Shown here in pieces: positions 38,958-53,800 of a stretch of 64,000 nucleotides of DNA. Origin of the DNA: Macrostomum lignano (lineage: Eukaryota). How positions within the stretch are numbered: position 1 is the stretch's first letter; every line of letters starts with the position of its first letter. The notes under the pieces were generated by a model, which saw nothing but the letters and a program-made list of their open reading frames with translations, did not search any database and had not been told where the DNA came from. The position numbers and the translations under genes were made by a program. The stretch covers positions 87,631 to 151,630 of the forward strand of contig NIVC01002661.1 in the NCBI GenBank assembly GCA_002269645.1. Direction: 5' to 3'.

Positions 38958-41900
38958 ATGGAAGCTCATTCTGCAACGGAGTCTGCAACAGCTGCTCAGC
39001 AGGAGCAAAAACCGGTGAGCAAGTGCAGGAAGTGCAGCAGCCACCTTTTCGAATCAAGCGAAGCAAATTGTGAATTTTTGAGAAGAGACATTTGTAACCT
39101 TTTGAATTAGGGAAAAATTGAGCTTACAAAAAATCTCTCGAATTATGCAAATCAAAGCAGACGTCAACTTTATATGCTCTGGATTAAACCGACTGCAGTC
39201 GATAATTTGTAGAACGAATCGACTAGAATGTTTGCCCCACTGTTTGGGTAGCGTAAAATATACATACGTTGAAGCGTATATTTCTGCCAATTGTACTTTT
39301 TGATGGGATGCAATACGAACGCGAAAATCATACCGGAAGAGTGGAAAAAGGGGGAAGGACCTTTCGCGCACACTGCCAAACAATCAATTCTCAATTTGCT
39401 GATTTCAAAACCGATAGACTGTGACTGGCAATCAACAGCTTAACTATATGTTTTTTTGTTTTAAATAGTCAATACAACGACAGAAGAGCAGAATTCGAGG
39501 GCATGGGCATTTCTAAGGAAAGCAAAATCATAGAGAAGTTTAAATTGGCACCATTTTTATGAGTGTACAAAGACTAGTAGGTAAAGTAGAGTCTACAAGT
39601 CTTTAGCTTATTTCCTCCCCTTCTTCTTTCCGAAAAAGGAACACAATGGCTCTCTCGACGATACTTCGCTTGGCCTTTCAACTACTACTTTACTAAAGGA
39701 CATTGTGATGGTCGAAAATTGATATTAACTACAAGAATTTATGTTTTCAGGTTTGTAGTGATATTTTAAAGTACGAGCGTAAAGAAACAAAGCACCGACC
39801 TTCTATAATACAGAAACTTCTCAGAACTTTTGATATGGGTTCGTTTTCTTACCGTAAAAAAACGTAATTACGGGTTGCAAACTTCAGAAGAGCTACCTGG
39901 ACGAGCTGCCGTACTACTCCAACTACCAACTGGCCGATGATGAGGTGCCCTTGGCCAAGTACCTGCTTCCCGCCGACTCTGCCGAAGTGCAGCGAGGCGT
40001 CGAGTCCGGCCGCTTCCCGACGCTCTCCGGCTTGGCGCGGCTGCAGCGGCAGCGAGGCCAGCCGCCCAATTCGTTGGGCGACGCAACGAACGAGTCGCCG
40101 CCGGCTCCGTTTCCACCGCGACGCACCAAAACGGAGCTGCTCGAATCGAAGGACTTTACAGAGACGGACAAGTTCGCCGAGTCGGTGACGCCGTTGCCAA
40201 GCGACGACTGGGAGCAGCTGGCGGAGCGGCTGTTCGAGCAGAGCCGCAGCAACCTGGAGAAGGTGAGGGTCGCGTTCTGCTTCGCCTGCGCGCACCGGCA
40301 GCTGGCAGAGGTTGCAGAAGAATCTCTGGCATACAAAGCTATCCGGGAAAATGAGGCGACGGATGTATTTGAGAAGCTGCTTGGGTAAGTTCCACGTTCT
40401 GGTCGATGTTTTGGTCTTTTGAATCTTTACATAGAAACTTTTGACGTGAATATTTTAGTAGTGGAAAAGCAAAAAATGTTATACTGTATAAGACCAGGTT
40501 ACAAGTAGATTGTCGAATGAGTTCATCATATCCTCATAGGTGACCCTTAGACCCATAGACAAATAGGAAGCCCTCTAAGAGCGTAGTACAGAGGCAAACC
40601 CAAAGGAATCCTCACAGTCGACGTTTCAAAATCAATGTTCCATGCTGTACGCTCATTATTCAACGCTTCGGAATCATTATTTAAGGCTACTAAAATTTTT
40701 CGCCACTCGTGAAAAACTAATCATTGTCTACCTCCAAAACCGAATACACAACTAACCATTATTCAAGGCTACTAAAATGCTTTCATGGTACAATGGTTAG
40801 TGGTGTATATGGTTTTTGAGGTAGACAATGATTCGTTTTTCACGAGTGGCTACGCGCACTCGTCACATTGGCCATTAATTTAAATTCTCGCTTCATAATA
40901 GCTGTACGAGTATTGATTGAATTGTCTATAGTCGAAACAGGACTTTCAGTTAATGACCAGCCATTAAGCAAAGGTCATTACCGTGAAGTGACATTTCGAT
41001 CAATAAAGTTTATTCAGCGAATATTAACCAAGACTATCTGATGATAAAAACATTAGTCAGTGTCTTTTACATTGACTTTAGCATTTCGATTCGTTTCCAA
41101 GGATTCGAAACTAATTTTTTCAGCTGTGGAAAAGTGCCAAACAAGAAGCTTTACGGCTACAAAAAGGGTGCGGACTCCGACTCTGGCGTAAAGGCCGAAC
41201 TCGGTGGCTGTTGGTTCGCGTGCTACGTTGAGGGCGAATGGCGATTCGTTGACCCGCACTGGGGTGCTACGGCTGTGATGAACCAAGATTCCGGCAGATA
41301 TGGCTCCATTGACGATAAGGGCCGAGTCAGCAGTGCCAGAGAACAGAAGGGACAGAGCGTATTTTACCGTGATGAGTTTCACTTCCTGACTGATCCAGAA
41401 AGGCTGATCACAAACCATTGTCCACAACAGCATGATCTGGAGTGGCAGCTGCTAGCGAGGCCACTCAGTATTGAAGAATTTGAACTTTTTCCTCGCTACT
41501 TTGGAGGTTCTGCCATAGAAATGGAATTCTACGATCTGGAGCCGATAAACTATCCTTATAACGTCATCGTAGCAAAGCCGGGACCCGTTGAGATTCTGTT
41601 GAAGGAGCGATCGGGAGAACAGTATAGGTACAGCGGGCAGCTAAAGATACACAAGAAGCACATCAACAGTGAATCAAAGACAGCCATTTTGAGTGCCCAT
41701 CAGGAGAAGGCCTGCATCAGCAAGGGGATCCGTGTGTCAAAGGATACCGTCAAGTTCATCTTTGAGCCACCATATCCAGGACAATACGCTCTGGAAATCA
41801 TTCTCTGGCGTCAGGTCAGTGAGGTTACGCTAACTGGATGTAAGTTCCTTACGTATACGATCCACTGCCCTCAAAACTGGGAATCGGTCGATGTCATCCC

Positions 41901-44900
41901 GGAGGGCCAGGAAAATCTTCGCGAGTTCGGACCAGGACAAGACCTTCAACGAGCTGGACTAACCTCAGAAGCGCCCGGAGAGCTGAAGGCTGCCGACGGA
42001 GAGGCATCGCTGGAAATTGCACCGCTTGATGAGGACGAAAAACCTAGTAGTGACCATCTGAGGTGAGAGACTATGAGAGCCACATTCTATACTGAGAAAT
42101 CAGAAAACAAACAGTTAGGGCATGGCTACTATTCAATACGATTCCCTGCAGACAACAAATCACCACAGCAAACAGACAATAATCAGTTAGAATCTTCATA
42201 CGCTCGTAAAAACATCATTTTCTGTGGCATAAGACCAGCAAGACATCATTCAAATATTGATTTTGTGGTTATACTAACCAACAGAAAAAAATGAATCAAT
42301 AACCAGCCAATTAAAAAATCTGATTCCGACAATATTTACATTGCAGAAGTCTGACGTGCCAAGCGCTGGGTCCGGACAACAAGCCCCTGCCGACGGGCAG
42401 CGTGCTCGTGTGGCGCGACGATCGCCGCAACGCCTTCCTGTTCCTGGCGCCCGATTCCGGCTACTACGCTCTGGTGCTCTACGAGAACGGTCGGCCCGTC
42501 GGCCAGTTCCTGGTGGACGCCAGCAGCGAAGCCAAGGACGGCGCGAGCTTCCCGCTGCCCGACTGGAGCCGTGTCGGAGGTCTCGGACTCGCCGCTGTAA
42601 ACAAGGCGGACGGCGGAGGCTGTCGGCTGGTGCCACTGAGCCACCAAACGCCGTACGTTCGAACCGAAGAGTTCGAGTTGGCGATGCGCTTCGGTGTTGA
42701 TGGCGCAGGCGAAGAAGGCGACGCAGGTATCGAATTGAAGTCGGAGATGCTGGGTGTCGGAGCGGACGGAGGGACCGAGTCGGTCGGCGACTACTCGTTA
42801 GTGAGCGGCGTCGAGGGCGGCGGCTTCGAGGTGCGGTGCCGGTTCCCGAGAGCGGGCCACTACCTGCTCCGCCTGTCGTTCCGAGAGAGCGGCGGAGACT
42901 GGCGCCCGTACTTCACGTACTTCGTGCGAGCTGTGGGCCAGCTGGACGGATCGGCATCCGCGTTTCCGAGCCTCGGTGCGGACTGGCCGGTCGGCGGAGC
43001 GCTCATCGAGCCGCTGGACCGCACGCTGTCCGTTGGACAGCCGACGCCGATATGCCTCCGTCTCGTGGATTCCGCAGCTATCGGCGCTGTGGAGGTGGTC
43101 GACGAGCGAAGCGGCAGTCGGGAGCCGTTGAGTCGCGACCCGCAGGACCCGCGGTTGTGGTTCGGGTCCGTGACGGCATCTGCGGGTAACACCGATGGAG
43201 CGAACGCTGCCGGGAGCGGCGGCGTGACGGTGGTGGCCCGTGTCAACGACGGCGTTGAGACACAGCTTGTAAAGTTCGACGTCGAGTCGGGAAGCAGCGC
43301 GGAGGCCAAGGCGGCGGCACTGCGCGAAGCTCGGGAGCTAAACGAGCGACGTCGGGTGGCCGAGGAGAATCGGCAGCGGAAGCGGGAGAACCGGCGCCGC
43401 CACGAAGAGGGACTGGAGCCGCTGCCTACCCAGGTGCATTTTTTAATCCTACTTGCACATGTATCTCAGATTTTTGCGATTGATTAGTAAATAATGGCAC
43501 CGATTGATCGCTTATTTCACAAGTTACGCTTTTACTTTTATCTTTATGTAGGATTCGCTTAAGAAATTGGCTGAAGCAGAAGCTGCTGCAAAAGCGGCGG
43601 CAGAGGCAGAAGCCGCAGCCAAAGCCAATGCGGCGTCCAACAAGACGTTTGAAAGGGTGGAAGTGGCTTCAAAAAAATCGACTGACTCGAAGGCAGCTTC
43701 CAATGAAGCTGTGAAAGCGGCATCCAGGGCGGAATCTGCCGGTCAGGCGGTGACAACGGCGGGTGCCGCAGTAGAGGCGGCTGTTCAGTCAGCGGCCGAA
43801 GCTGCCAGGACTGCGGCTGAAGCTGCGAAGTCAGGTGAAGTTAAAAAAGCTGCCAAGGCGGCGAAATTAGCGGAGACAGCCGCTCTTGAAGCGAAATCTG
43901 CCGCTCAGGCTGCAGTGAGTGCCGCGACCGATGCGCGTACGGCCGCCAAAGCGTCTGCCGAGGCGGAACAAAAAGCCAAGACGGCGGCCGAGGCGGCGAG
44001 AAACGAAGCGGACCAAGCAGCAGTGGAAGCTGAGAAATCAGGAAATGACCAAACCAAAAAGGCCGCTCAAAATGCCGCAACACTGGTCGATGAGGCGGAA
44101 GCTAAATTGAAGACGTCAAAGGAGGCTTCAGAAAAGGCTGCCGCGGAAGCTGACGCCGCAAGTAAGAAGGCCGCGAAGGCCTCCTCAGATTCTGAGGCTG
44201 CAAGCAAATCGTTAGCTGAAGCGAATGCGGCAGCGACAACAGCTGCTGAAGCAGCAGCAGCGGCAAAGGCAGCCGAGGCAGAAGCTGCGGCGGCAGCGAA
44301 GGAAGAGGTCAAACTTCTCATTTCTCAGCTAGACGAGGCGCTGCTTAGTAGAAAAGTTGTTCAGTTGCGCAAGGCGATCAAGGCTTTGGAACCGCACGAG
44401 TTTGGATTGCACCGCTATCACGAAAGGAAACTGCGGGAAGCTCGGCTGACACTGACTGCGCTGCAGAATAGGAAGGGTGCGTGAGGAACGACGAGGTTGT
44501 ACAGTCCGATTTCAATGAGGAGTTCATAGTTTTGTGGTTTACATCCAGGTCAACATTCAGTTGAAATTCTCAATGAAGTCATACGAAAGCCTGATACAGG
44601 TATAGAGGATTAGAGACAAACCAGATTGGAACCTGATGATTTTGAATTCAGCTTTTGTTTATCTGATGCATCATTCTTGAGTTACCCGACCAGCTCACCT
44701 CCCACCCCTGCAGACATACGGGACGCCATGGCGGACGCTCAGCGAGCCCGCAGCACCGACCGCCTGCGCGCGTTGGTGCACCGTCTGGAGGCTGAAGCCG
44801 AGTCGCAGCCGCTGACGGAGGCGCAGCTGGCGCTGTTCAGCGAGGACCTGCGGCTCGCCAGAGAGGCCATCCAGCGAGATGACAAGCTGAAGCGAATTCC

Positions 44901-46391
44901 CTCACACCGGCTGGAGATGAGTCCGAAGAGTCTGTCCGAGCTGAGGCAGTACAGCCGGCCAGTGGAAACGGTGCACCGAACGGTGCAGGCGCTGCTGCTG
45001 CTGCTCGGGTACTACGAAAAGCGCACACGGGTGAGCGATCCGCGCTTCATCATTTGCCGCTTCTATGGATTCATTCTGAGTCTGGGACAAACTATTGAAA
45101 TGCCTTCATGTAAATAAGTACTTTCCTGATTTAATCAACCACATTAGGGTGTCGAAAGGAAGTTTACAAGGTGTTTAGCAATTGCTTAACAATGTCCCTT
45201 TGGCGCAAATTTGAATTCCATTTAGTTTAATGAACGTTTCTTGATTATTTATTAATTATATGGCCCTCTAAAACAGTGATCGAATTACACTACTGCAAGT
45301 AGTGGATATTGGTGGAGTGGATTATCATACATTTTTTCTCCACCTGACAGAAATGGCCTCGCTGCCAACCGCTGTTGAAGAGCATCAACAAGTCTGTCGC
45401 GGACTTTCAGCCACGCTTCGTTGATCCGCGCATCGCTGCCCGAAGTTCGGAGATTCTGAGCAGTATCGACAAGCGCGAGATCGCCCTGCAGAGCGCTGCC
45501 GCCTTCGCTTTCTATGAATGGGTTCGTTCGAGTTCGAATAAGCAACGTTTTTGAAATTTCGTTCGTAAGCGGAATCGAAAATACGATCTTATCGCCCGAA
45601 TATACGGGTACTTGGGCCTTGACCGCACAGCGTTCATGTGACAGTCGTTTCCTACAAATGAATTAAGCCGAAAATCATGATCTCACATGTTATCTTTACG
45701 TTAGACACCATGCATTAGCTACACCCATATCATGCATCCCAAGGTTGGGAGTTTTGGCCTGATCTGACTAATCACGCACAAGTCGCAGACTCACCATCCG
45801 GAAGTTATTAGCGAAAATCGTAATTTCGATTCCGTGGTTAATTGAGTAAATTATTTACAGGTCTTGCTTCATTGGGCCGATAAATAAGAAATTCTAGCTC
45901 TGAGTTTACTACATATTGGCCTATTAGTGTGTGAATTTTTGCTTAAATCTGAATTGAATTGAAGGGTCTCTAAAAATGTTTGAATGCGCTGGGGTAGAAC
46001 CTAGAAACCCTGGGGCTACAGGGAACATACTTGGATGGGATCTTCCCTGTGTGCCTGGTCGAACTGCTCTGACAGGATTTCGATAGCAGTCGGCAATTCG
46101 GGCTGCATTTTGTCGCTTACAGTAAGTTGACATCCCACTTGGCTTCCGGTTCCGACTTCTCCGACTGAACCCCCTGTCTCAAAGAGTTTTGACTTTAATT
46201 TTCTAATATTCGAATCCTTGCAGGCAGTCAAAACAGCGAACTCGATCAAGGAGGCGTCAACACCGGAGACCTTCGTTCCGGCCAGCATGAAGCAGCAGAT
46301 ACTAATCCTTGGCGTCACCGAAGAAGAGGACGCCACGTGGGACTTCGACGACGAAGGCATCCGCAGGAGGTCGTCCGTGGTGCCTAAGTAG
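38958..46391 (+). CDS. KY/hillarin-like transglutaminase-fold + Ala-rich rod + dynein-MTBD-like protein, copy B
   Basis: Exons 38958-39014, 39751-40384, 41124-42062, 42347-43433, 43552-44476, 44714-45030, 45351-45521, 46224-46391, all GT-AG with compatible phases. KY-like motifs LEKVRVAFCFAC, GYKKG, WFACYVEGEWRFVDPHWG, EFHFLTDPE, WQLLARPLSIEEFE. One apparent 1-nt deletion in an A7 run (39856-39862), possibly an assembly error. Confidence 0.75.
40703..40849. mobile_element. Small inverted-repeat element (MITE-like) in copy B intron 2
   Basis: About 58-bp imperfect arms CCACTCGTGAAAAAC...AACCATT / AATGGTT...TTTTTCACGAGTGG. Lies in sequence absent from the paralogous copy A intron. Confidence 0.55.
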
Positions 46392-47820
46392 ACTCCAGTC
46401 TATCTAAAGACGACGAAAGGCCCCCCCAGAAAAACGACTGTGATTTTCCTAGACGCAGCACAATAGTTATCCAAGGACCGCTGGTAGCTAGTAAGAGGAC
46501 GTGACACACAATCCTGGCTTTCTAAGATTTAAGGATCTTATAATGATTTTAATATTCATCAAGCTCATTAAAGAGGCAAGAAGGGTTTACATTTTCTTTC
46601 TTGTGACCAGTAATTGTTCTTATTATTTATATTGAAACATGTATCTTTATATACGAGTAGGTTCTTCTTTTTGTGAGCTAAAGTGCCACATGTACTTTTA
46701 ATATATTTTTTTTCCACTTGACCGAAGAGAAGTATATACGAACTAAGTAATAATTGCCTAGATTATATCATTGCAAAGAACTTTTACCCAGACAAAATGA
46801 CAAGTCAAAACGGCCATTATTACACTATTCAGCAGCAGATTTTTCAAACTGATAAGAGCAGGCATACTGCTATGATTTTATTAAGCTAATTAAAAGTTTA
46901 TGACTAGCGAATTCAACTGGCCCTCGCCACGCGTAATCAATGTACACCATACTCTCTGTCTAAGTGACCAATCAGTTCACCCACCCCATCTCTCGTTCAA
47001 TTTAAGTGTAAAAAACGACGTTCTAACTCGTCCTTGTGTTCTGTCTGCTGGATAAAAGTTCTTTATAATGTGCTTGTATAGTATGCTGCATCGTTGAATA
47101 ATGGCCAGAAACACACGTGCTACGCGCACTCGTGTTTTTCGCCATTATAAAACTCCGCAACATACTATACAATCTACCGTGCTGTTCGATTCTTTTAGAA
47201 CAGATCGCGTTCCTAGATTTTTAAGAGAGTTGATTTCACATCTAGCTACTTAAACAAAAGTGAAAAGTCGCCACCCTTTGCCCCAGTGAGCAGTGTCTTT
47301 CGACCAGCGTCTATCACCTGGCCAACCATTTTGATAGTAAAAAAAGCTTGAAAAAACAATGAAAACCGGGCGGAAGCTTCAAATCCATCCGATCTTTGCC
47401 TCCACGAGTCCACTCCTCCCAATCCCTCCTCACCCAGCCCAACTCTGCGTCCCGTGGCGCAAGTTGCGTCACTCAAAAATCAATATAACTGTGCTCGAAT
47501 TTACTGCGCACTCTCAAATGGTGACGACTTTTTAATTTTGTTGAGTATAGATGTGCCTGCTCCATTGCCAACCTTCTCCTCTTATTTATGATTCAATTAT
47601 TACCAAGTTTTTCGATAGAATTCTCGCATTAATTTGTGACGGAAGTCAACAAGCGGTCTTAATAAACTTTTGCCTGATTTCACCTAAAGAGATATGGTGT
47701 GAGATTCTTCTTTTCTGAAGTTCTCTTCAAGGTAAAATTACTAAATTAGATTCAAAATTTGATGAGCTGGGCAAGAGATAAGAACTCTTCAAAAGCTGAT
47801 ACAGTATCTGAGAAACACTC

Positions 47821-50800
47821 TGTGATAGCACAGCGGGATCGGTTAAACACTTCTTGAGAATATTTAAGCATTGGCAACTTGAGCGAGCAGAGAAAATCCA
47901 GGCAAGAGAAAAGGCTTCAGTGATTAGACAGTATCCGCTCCCGACCATGGAAACTGCTGAGTCTGGCATGGTAAGTACTGGCACACTTAAATTTCAATTA
48001 GCATTGAGTCGTGTTTACAATCCGATTGTTGGTTTCTTTTCATTCAAATAATAATTCATTCATTGAACTTGAATGCATTCTTCGCTCGTTCCAAAACAAG
48101 ATTTTGCCTCAAATTTTTTGTAAGTACCGGGTACGACTCTCAGACCCACCAGCTCGTCTTTGACTCCTCTTCTCCTTCATATTCATCCTCCATCCAACCC
48201 CCATGATACCTATCATGTCGTCTCCAAACCTATCATATCGTCTCCATACCCTCTCGTCTCCATCTAGTCTCCATACCCTCCATCTAGTCTCCATACCCTC
48301 CATCTAGTCTCCATACCCTCCATTTAGTCTCCATACCCTCCATCTAGTCTCCATACCCTCCATCTAGTCTCCATACCCTTCATCTAGTCTCCATACCCTC
48401 CATCTAGTCTCCATACCCTCCATCTAGTCTCCATACCCTTCATCTAGTCTCCATACCCTTCATCTAGTCTCCATACCCTCCATTTAGTCTCCATACCCTC
48501 CATCTAGTCTCCATACCCTCCATCTAGTCTCCATACCCTCCATCTAGTCTCCATACCCTCCATCTAGTCTCCATACCCTCCATCTAGTCTCCATACCCTT
48601 CATCTAGTCTCCATACCCTCCATCTAGTCTCCATACCCTTCATCTAGTCTCCATACCATCCATATAGTCTTCAAACCCCTGAGTAGTCCCTGAGTTGGTC
48701 CTATAATATTTGGTTAGCAGACCTGTAATTGAGCGCAAGGTTGCTTGCTGCTTTCAGTTAAGATGCGCTGAACAGAAATTTACAATTTAGAAATTTAGCA
48801 GTTTTGTCTGAGACAGTGAGAGAATGCTTTTTGTATCAATTGACTTAGGCGAGCTACCTGGACGACCTGCCGTACTACTCCAACTACCAACTGGCCGATG
48901 ATGAGGTGCCCCTGCCAAGTACCTGCTTCCCGCCGACTCTGCCGAAGTGCAGCGAGGCGTCGAGTCCGGCCGCTTCCCGACGCTCTCCGGCTTGGCGCGG
49001 CTGCAGCGGCAGCGAGGCCAGCCGCCCAATCCGTTGGGCGACGCGGCGAACGAGTCGCCGCCGGCTCCGTTTCCACCGCGACGCACCAAAACGGAGCTGC
49101 TCGAATCGAAGGACTTTACAGAGACGGACAAGTTCGCCGAGTCGGTGACGCCGTTGCCAAGCGACGACTGGGAGCAGCTGGCGGAGCGGCTGTTCGAGCA
49201 GAGCCGCAGCAACCTGGAGAAGGTGAGGGTCGCGTTCTGCTTCGCCTGCGCGCACCGGCAGCTGGCAGAGGCTGCTGAAGAGAAGCAACCGTATGAAAAT
49301 ATTCGACTTGGAAACTGCAGCGAAGTTTTTGCCGCGCTACTTATGTAAGATTGCCAAGCCATACTAGAAATCGTTCACTCGCACCAATGTTTCAGGTTCC
49401 AGAATAAATAAAAATGCAATATTTGACGCGCTTTCAGCAATTATCTACGAGTGTGTCACTAAATTTGGTAACCCACAGTAAGACAGGCCTGCATGACATT
49501 CGAGTTGTGCATGCCAACTATTGTTAAGTGGGCTGAGGACCCAACTGCAAGGCCATGAATGATACACGTATTTCACCAACTCTCTTTGATCATACATGCG
49601 CACAATCGGCACAATCAGCACTGAGCCTCAGTGCGGCCTTGCCAAGCCTCCAAATTTCATCAGCGCGTCGACCGCATGTGCCTGCATCAGCTGTGACTTC
49701 GTTGGTCACTGGCCTTCACCGAGGCGAAGCTTCTGAACATTCAACAGGTGACACCAGGTAACTATGGACACCCTGTTGCAACAACAACAACAAAGTACTT
49801 CACCCGCCAGCCACGCAGTGGCTAGAAAGAGGGGAAAAGTCAGAGAGCGCGTCTCTGGGCATAGCCCTCAGAAAGTCACAACCCCCAGCTTGGTCCAGGG
49901 CGCCAGCATCGGTCAAAAGCCTATCAGGGTATCTCGCCGTTCGCCCTTGGCTTCGCCTGCGCGGTCCCTGCAGCTTGAGCAGCAGCACCTCGTGCAGCGG
50001 CTCAGGGCAGCGAGCCTCCGACCGGATGACGTGGCCAGCCAGTCGAAGTCGCCGCAGGTCAGAAGGCCGCATCATGCCCTCGTGTAGAAAGCGGCGTTGG
50101 TCTCGCTGCCTGAACCGCTGCGCACTCCGAAAGCCGCACGCAGCATGGCCGCATGCGCAGCGTCTAGCTGCCTCTCCAAAGCGTCCGTCAGGGTCCAGAT
50201 CTCGGCGTTGTACAACAAGACAGTCTCAACGACTGCCTGAAACAGCCGAGCTTTGAGCCCGTCATCCAGGGCCTCAGAATGGAGCGCGGAGCGCACAGAA
50301 CGAAACGCGGCCCATGCCAGGCCTTGTCTTCTCACCAGGTTGTCGGCAACGTCCGGCACGAGGCCGCCGAGGTACAGGAACCGCTGGCAACGGGTAATCA
50401 TGATTGCCTCTCGGGCAGCGTCTCGGTAGTTGATCTCGACAGGCAGGTTGGAGGACACCGTGAAGACTACCGTCTTCCGTGCGTTCAGCATGAGGCCGAC
50501 TCGCGATGCTGCTGCCGTCAGGCCATCCAGCAGCCGCTGAGCGCCTTCAGCCGACGATGACAGCAGCGCGAGGTCGTCCGCGCAGCCGAGAATGGAGAGC
50601 CGCTTCTCAGGGTGCCACCGACTCATGCGTCTTCGCAGCAGGAAGCCGTTGGGTAGGCCGGTCCTCAGTACCCAATCCAGACCAAGCACAAACAGGAAAG
50701 GCGCCAGAGTGTCACCCTGCAGCACGCCTGACGACGTGCTAAATTGGTCCGACAGTCCATCTGGCGTCATCACCGAAGCGGTCGTATCCTGGTACATCAA

Positions 50801-53800
50801 CATGATGGCGGAAATCAGTTGCTCCGGTTGCGGATTTCTCTAGTTTCGCTGATCAAGCCTCAGTGGGCGAACCTCAACTGCTCGACATCTTCAGCTAGTC
50901 TCTCAAGCATTCCGTCATCATCCCGATGCCGTCGACACCTTCAACAGATAGCCCAGATGACTATGCATTTTTCTTCTCTAGATACGAGCTACATTTCTGA
51001 AACATAAAATTTTTTACCAGTACCTGTTGAAGGACAGAAGCTCTGCCTGGGTGAAGGCCAGTGACCAAAGAAGTCACAGCTGATGCAAACACGTGTAGTC
51101 GATGCGCTGATGAAATTTGGATGCTTGGCAAGGCTGCACTGAGGTGGAGTGCTGCTTGGCGCACAGGGGTGTACTGAATGCACTAGGGAAACTTGGGAAT
51201 ACTCGGGGAAAGAGTCGACCTTCTGGTAGAATCGTTGAATATCTCGACAGTCCAAAAAGCTTGATTTTGTTTGTGAAGGTGCGCAACAAAAGTTTAGCCC
51301 GTTTTCTTGAATTTCGTGTGCCTGCGTTGCTCCGTTCTGGCGCAGCAAAAAAGTTGTCAGGGAGGGGGGGTAATTATACCTTGATAGGTCGACGGGCGGA
51401 AAAATGGCTTCGGATTCTTACTGTTAAATAGTCTATGCAAAAAATCCTCTATTAAATTGGGCACTCCTTTCCTGTGTACTATTTAACTTGAATAATTTGA
51501 AACATTTGCTGATATCATGCGGGAATTATTGAAAAGATCACTTTGAAAATTGCTTGAAAATTTCACCTGACCCTATCGGACACAATTTAGCATAGCCGGT
51601 GTGCCGATGCAAGTAATTACCGGCTACAAGAAGGGCATCGGTTATGAGTCTGGGCTCAGGGCACCACTTGGCGGCGTCTGGTTTGCCTGCTACGTCGAGG
51701 GCGAATGGCGATTCATAGATCCGCACTGGTCCGCGCAATCCGTCAGCGGTTTCGAGGCAGGCAACTACAGACAGGTGGATGAGCGCGGCCTTGTGAATGA
51801 TGTAACAGAAGTCGGCGGCACCACAGTCTACGATCTCAACGAGTTCTGGTTCCTGACTGACCCGCACCAGTTCGTTGTCAGTCACTTCCCCAGCGAAGAC
51901 CAGCTCGAGTGGCAGCTGCTGGCCAGGCCGCTGCAATTTGAAGAGTTCGAAGAAATGATCGACTACTTTGACGGCACGGAAACGGAGATGAACGTCTACC
52001 AGCTAGAAACAGTCAGTCATCCAAAAAACGTCATCATTTCAAAGCCCGGATCCGTAGAAATCCTGCTCCGAGAACTTACTAATGAGCAGTACATGTACGA
52101 AATGCTGCTGAAAATACACAAGAAGCACATTGCTGACGGATCGAACTTGGCGCATTTGACTGCCTACCAACAGAAGGCCTGTGTCAGCAAGGCTATTCGG
52201 GTGTCCAAGAGCACCGTAAAGTTCATATTCGAGCCGCCGCATGCGGGACAGTACGCCCTGGCCATCAGGCTCTGGCGTTACGTGTCAGATGAAAGATTAA
52301 AAGGCAGCACGTTTGTCACTTACGCTGTTCACAGTCCACAGAGCTGGGTCTCAGCCAATTTTATCCCGGATGGCCATGAAGATCTGAACGAATTCGGCTC
52401 CGGTCAAGAAATGCGTGAAGAGGGGCTCAGCTCAGATGAGTCAGGCGAACTGAGGGCAGCCAATGGAGAAGCAACTTTCGAGATTACTGCACTAGAAGAC
52501 AGGTTTGGCATAAGGTGAACACTATTGTTAAATTTCGTACGCTTCTACTAAAATTGAAGGTTAGAATACTTCGAATACAGGTTTCTATTAGCAGGAAATT
52601 GGCAGCATAGTAGGCAATTATGAGAAGAGACACTAAAATAGAGACTGTAGCATTATTTCTTACTTTTGAAATACAGGCGTAGCTACTGAACTATTACCAA
52701 TTGCAGAAATCTGATGTGCCAAGCGCTGGGTCCGGACAACAAGCCCCTGCCGACGAGCAGCGTGCTCGTGTGGCGCGACAATCACCGCAACGCCTTCCTG
52801 TTCCTGGCGCCCGATTCCGGCTACTACGCTCTGGTGCTCTACGAGAACGGTCGGCCCGTCGGCCAGTTCCTGGTGGACGCCAGCAGCGAAGCCAAGGACG
52901 GCGCGAGCTTCCCGCTGCCCGACTGGAGCCGCGTCGGAGGTCTCGGACTCGCCGCTGCAAGCAAGGCGAACGGCGGAGGCTGTCGGCTGGTGCCACTGAG
53001 CCACCAAACGCCGTACGTTCGAACCGAAGAGTTCGAGCTGGCGATGCGCTTCGGTGTTGATGGCGCAGGCGAAGAAGGCGACGCAGGCATCGATCTGAAG
53101 TCGGAGATGCTGGGTATCGGAGCGGACGGAGGGACCGAGTCGGTCGGCGACTACTCGTTAGTGAGCGGCGTCGAGGGCGGCGGCTTCGAGGTGCGGTGCC
53201 GGTTCCCGAGAGCGGGCCACTACCTGCTACGCCTGTCGTTCCGAGAGAGCGGCGGAGACTGGCGCCCGTACTTCACGTACTTCGTGCGAGCGGTGGGCCA
53301 GCTGGACGGATCGGCATCCGCGTTTCCGAGCCTCGGTGCGGACTGGCCGGTCGGCGGAGCGCTCATCGAGCCGCTGGACCGCACGCTGTCCGTTGGACAG
53401 CCGACGCCGATCCGCCTCCGTTTCGAGGACGCCACAGCTGTCGGCGCTGTGGAGGTGGTCGATGAGCGAAGCGGCAGTCGGGAGCCGTTGAGTCGCGACC
53501 CGCAGGACCCGCGGTTGTGGTTCGGGTCCGTGACGGCATCTGCGGGTAACACCGATGGAGCGAACACTGCGGGGAGCGGCGGCGTGACGATGGTGGCCCG
53601 TGTCAACGACGGCGTTGAGACACAGCTTGTAAAGTTCGACGTTGAGTCGGAGAGCAGCGCAGAGGCCAAGGCGGCGGCACTGCGCGAAGCTCGGGAGCTA
53701 AACGAGCGACGTCGGGTGGCCGAGGAGAATCGGCAGCGGAAACAGGAGAACCGACACCGCCGCGATAAGGGACTGGAGTCGCTGCCTGTTTGGGTACTTA

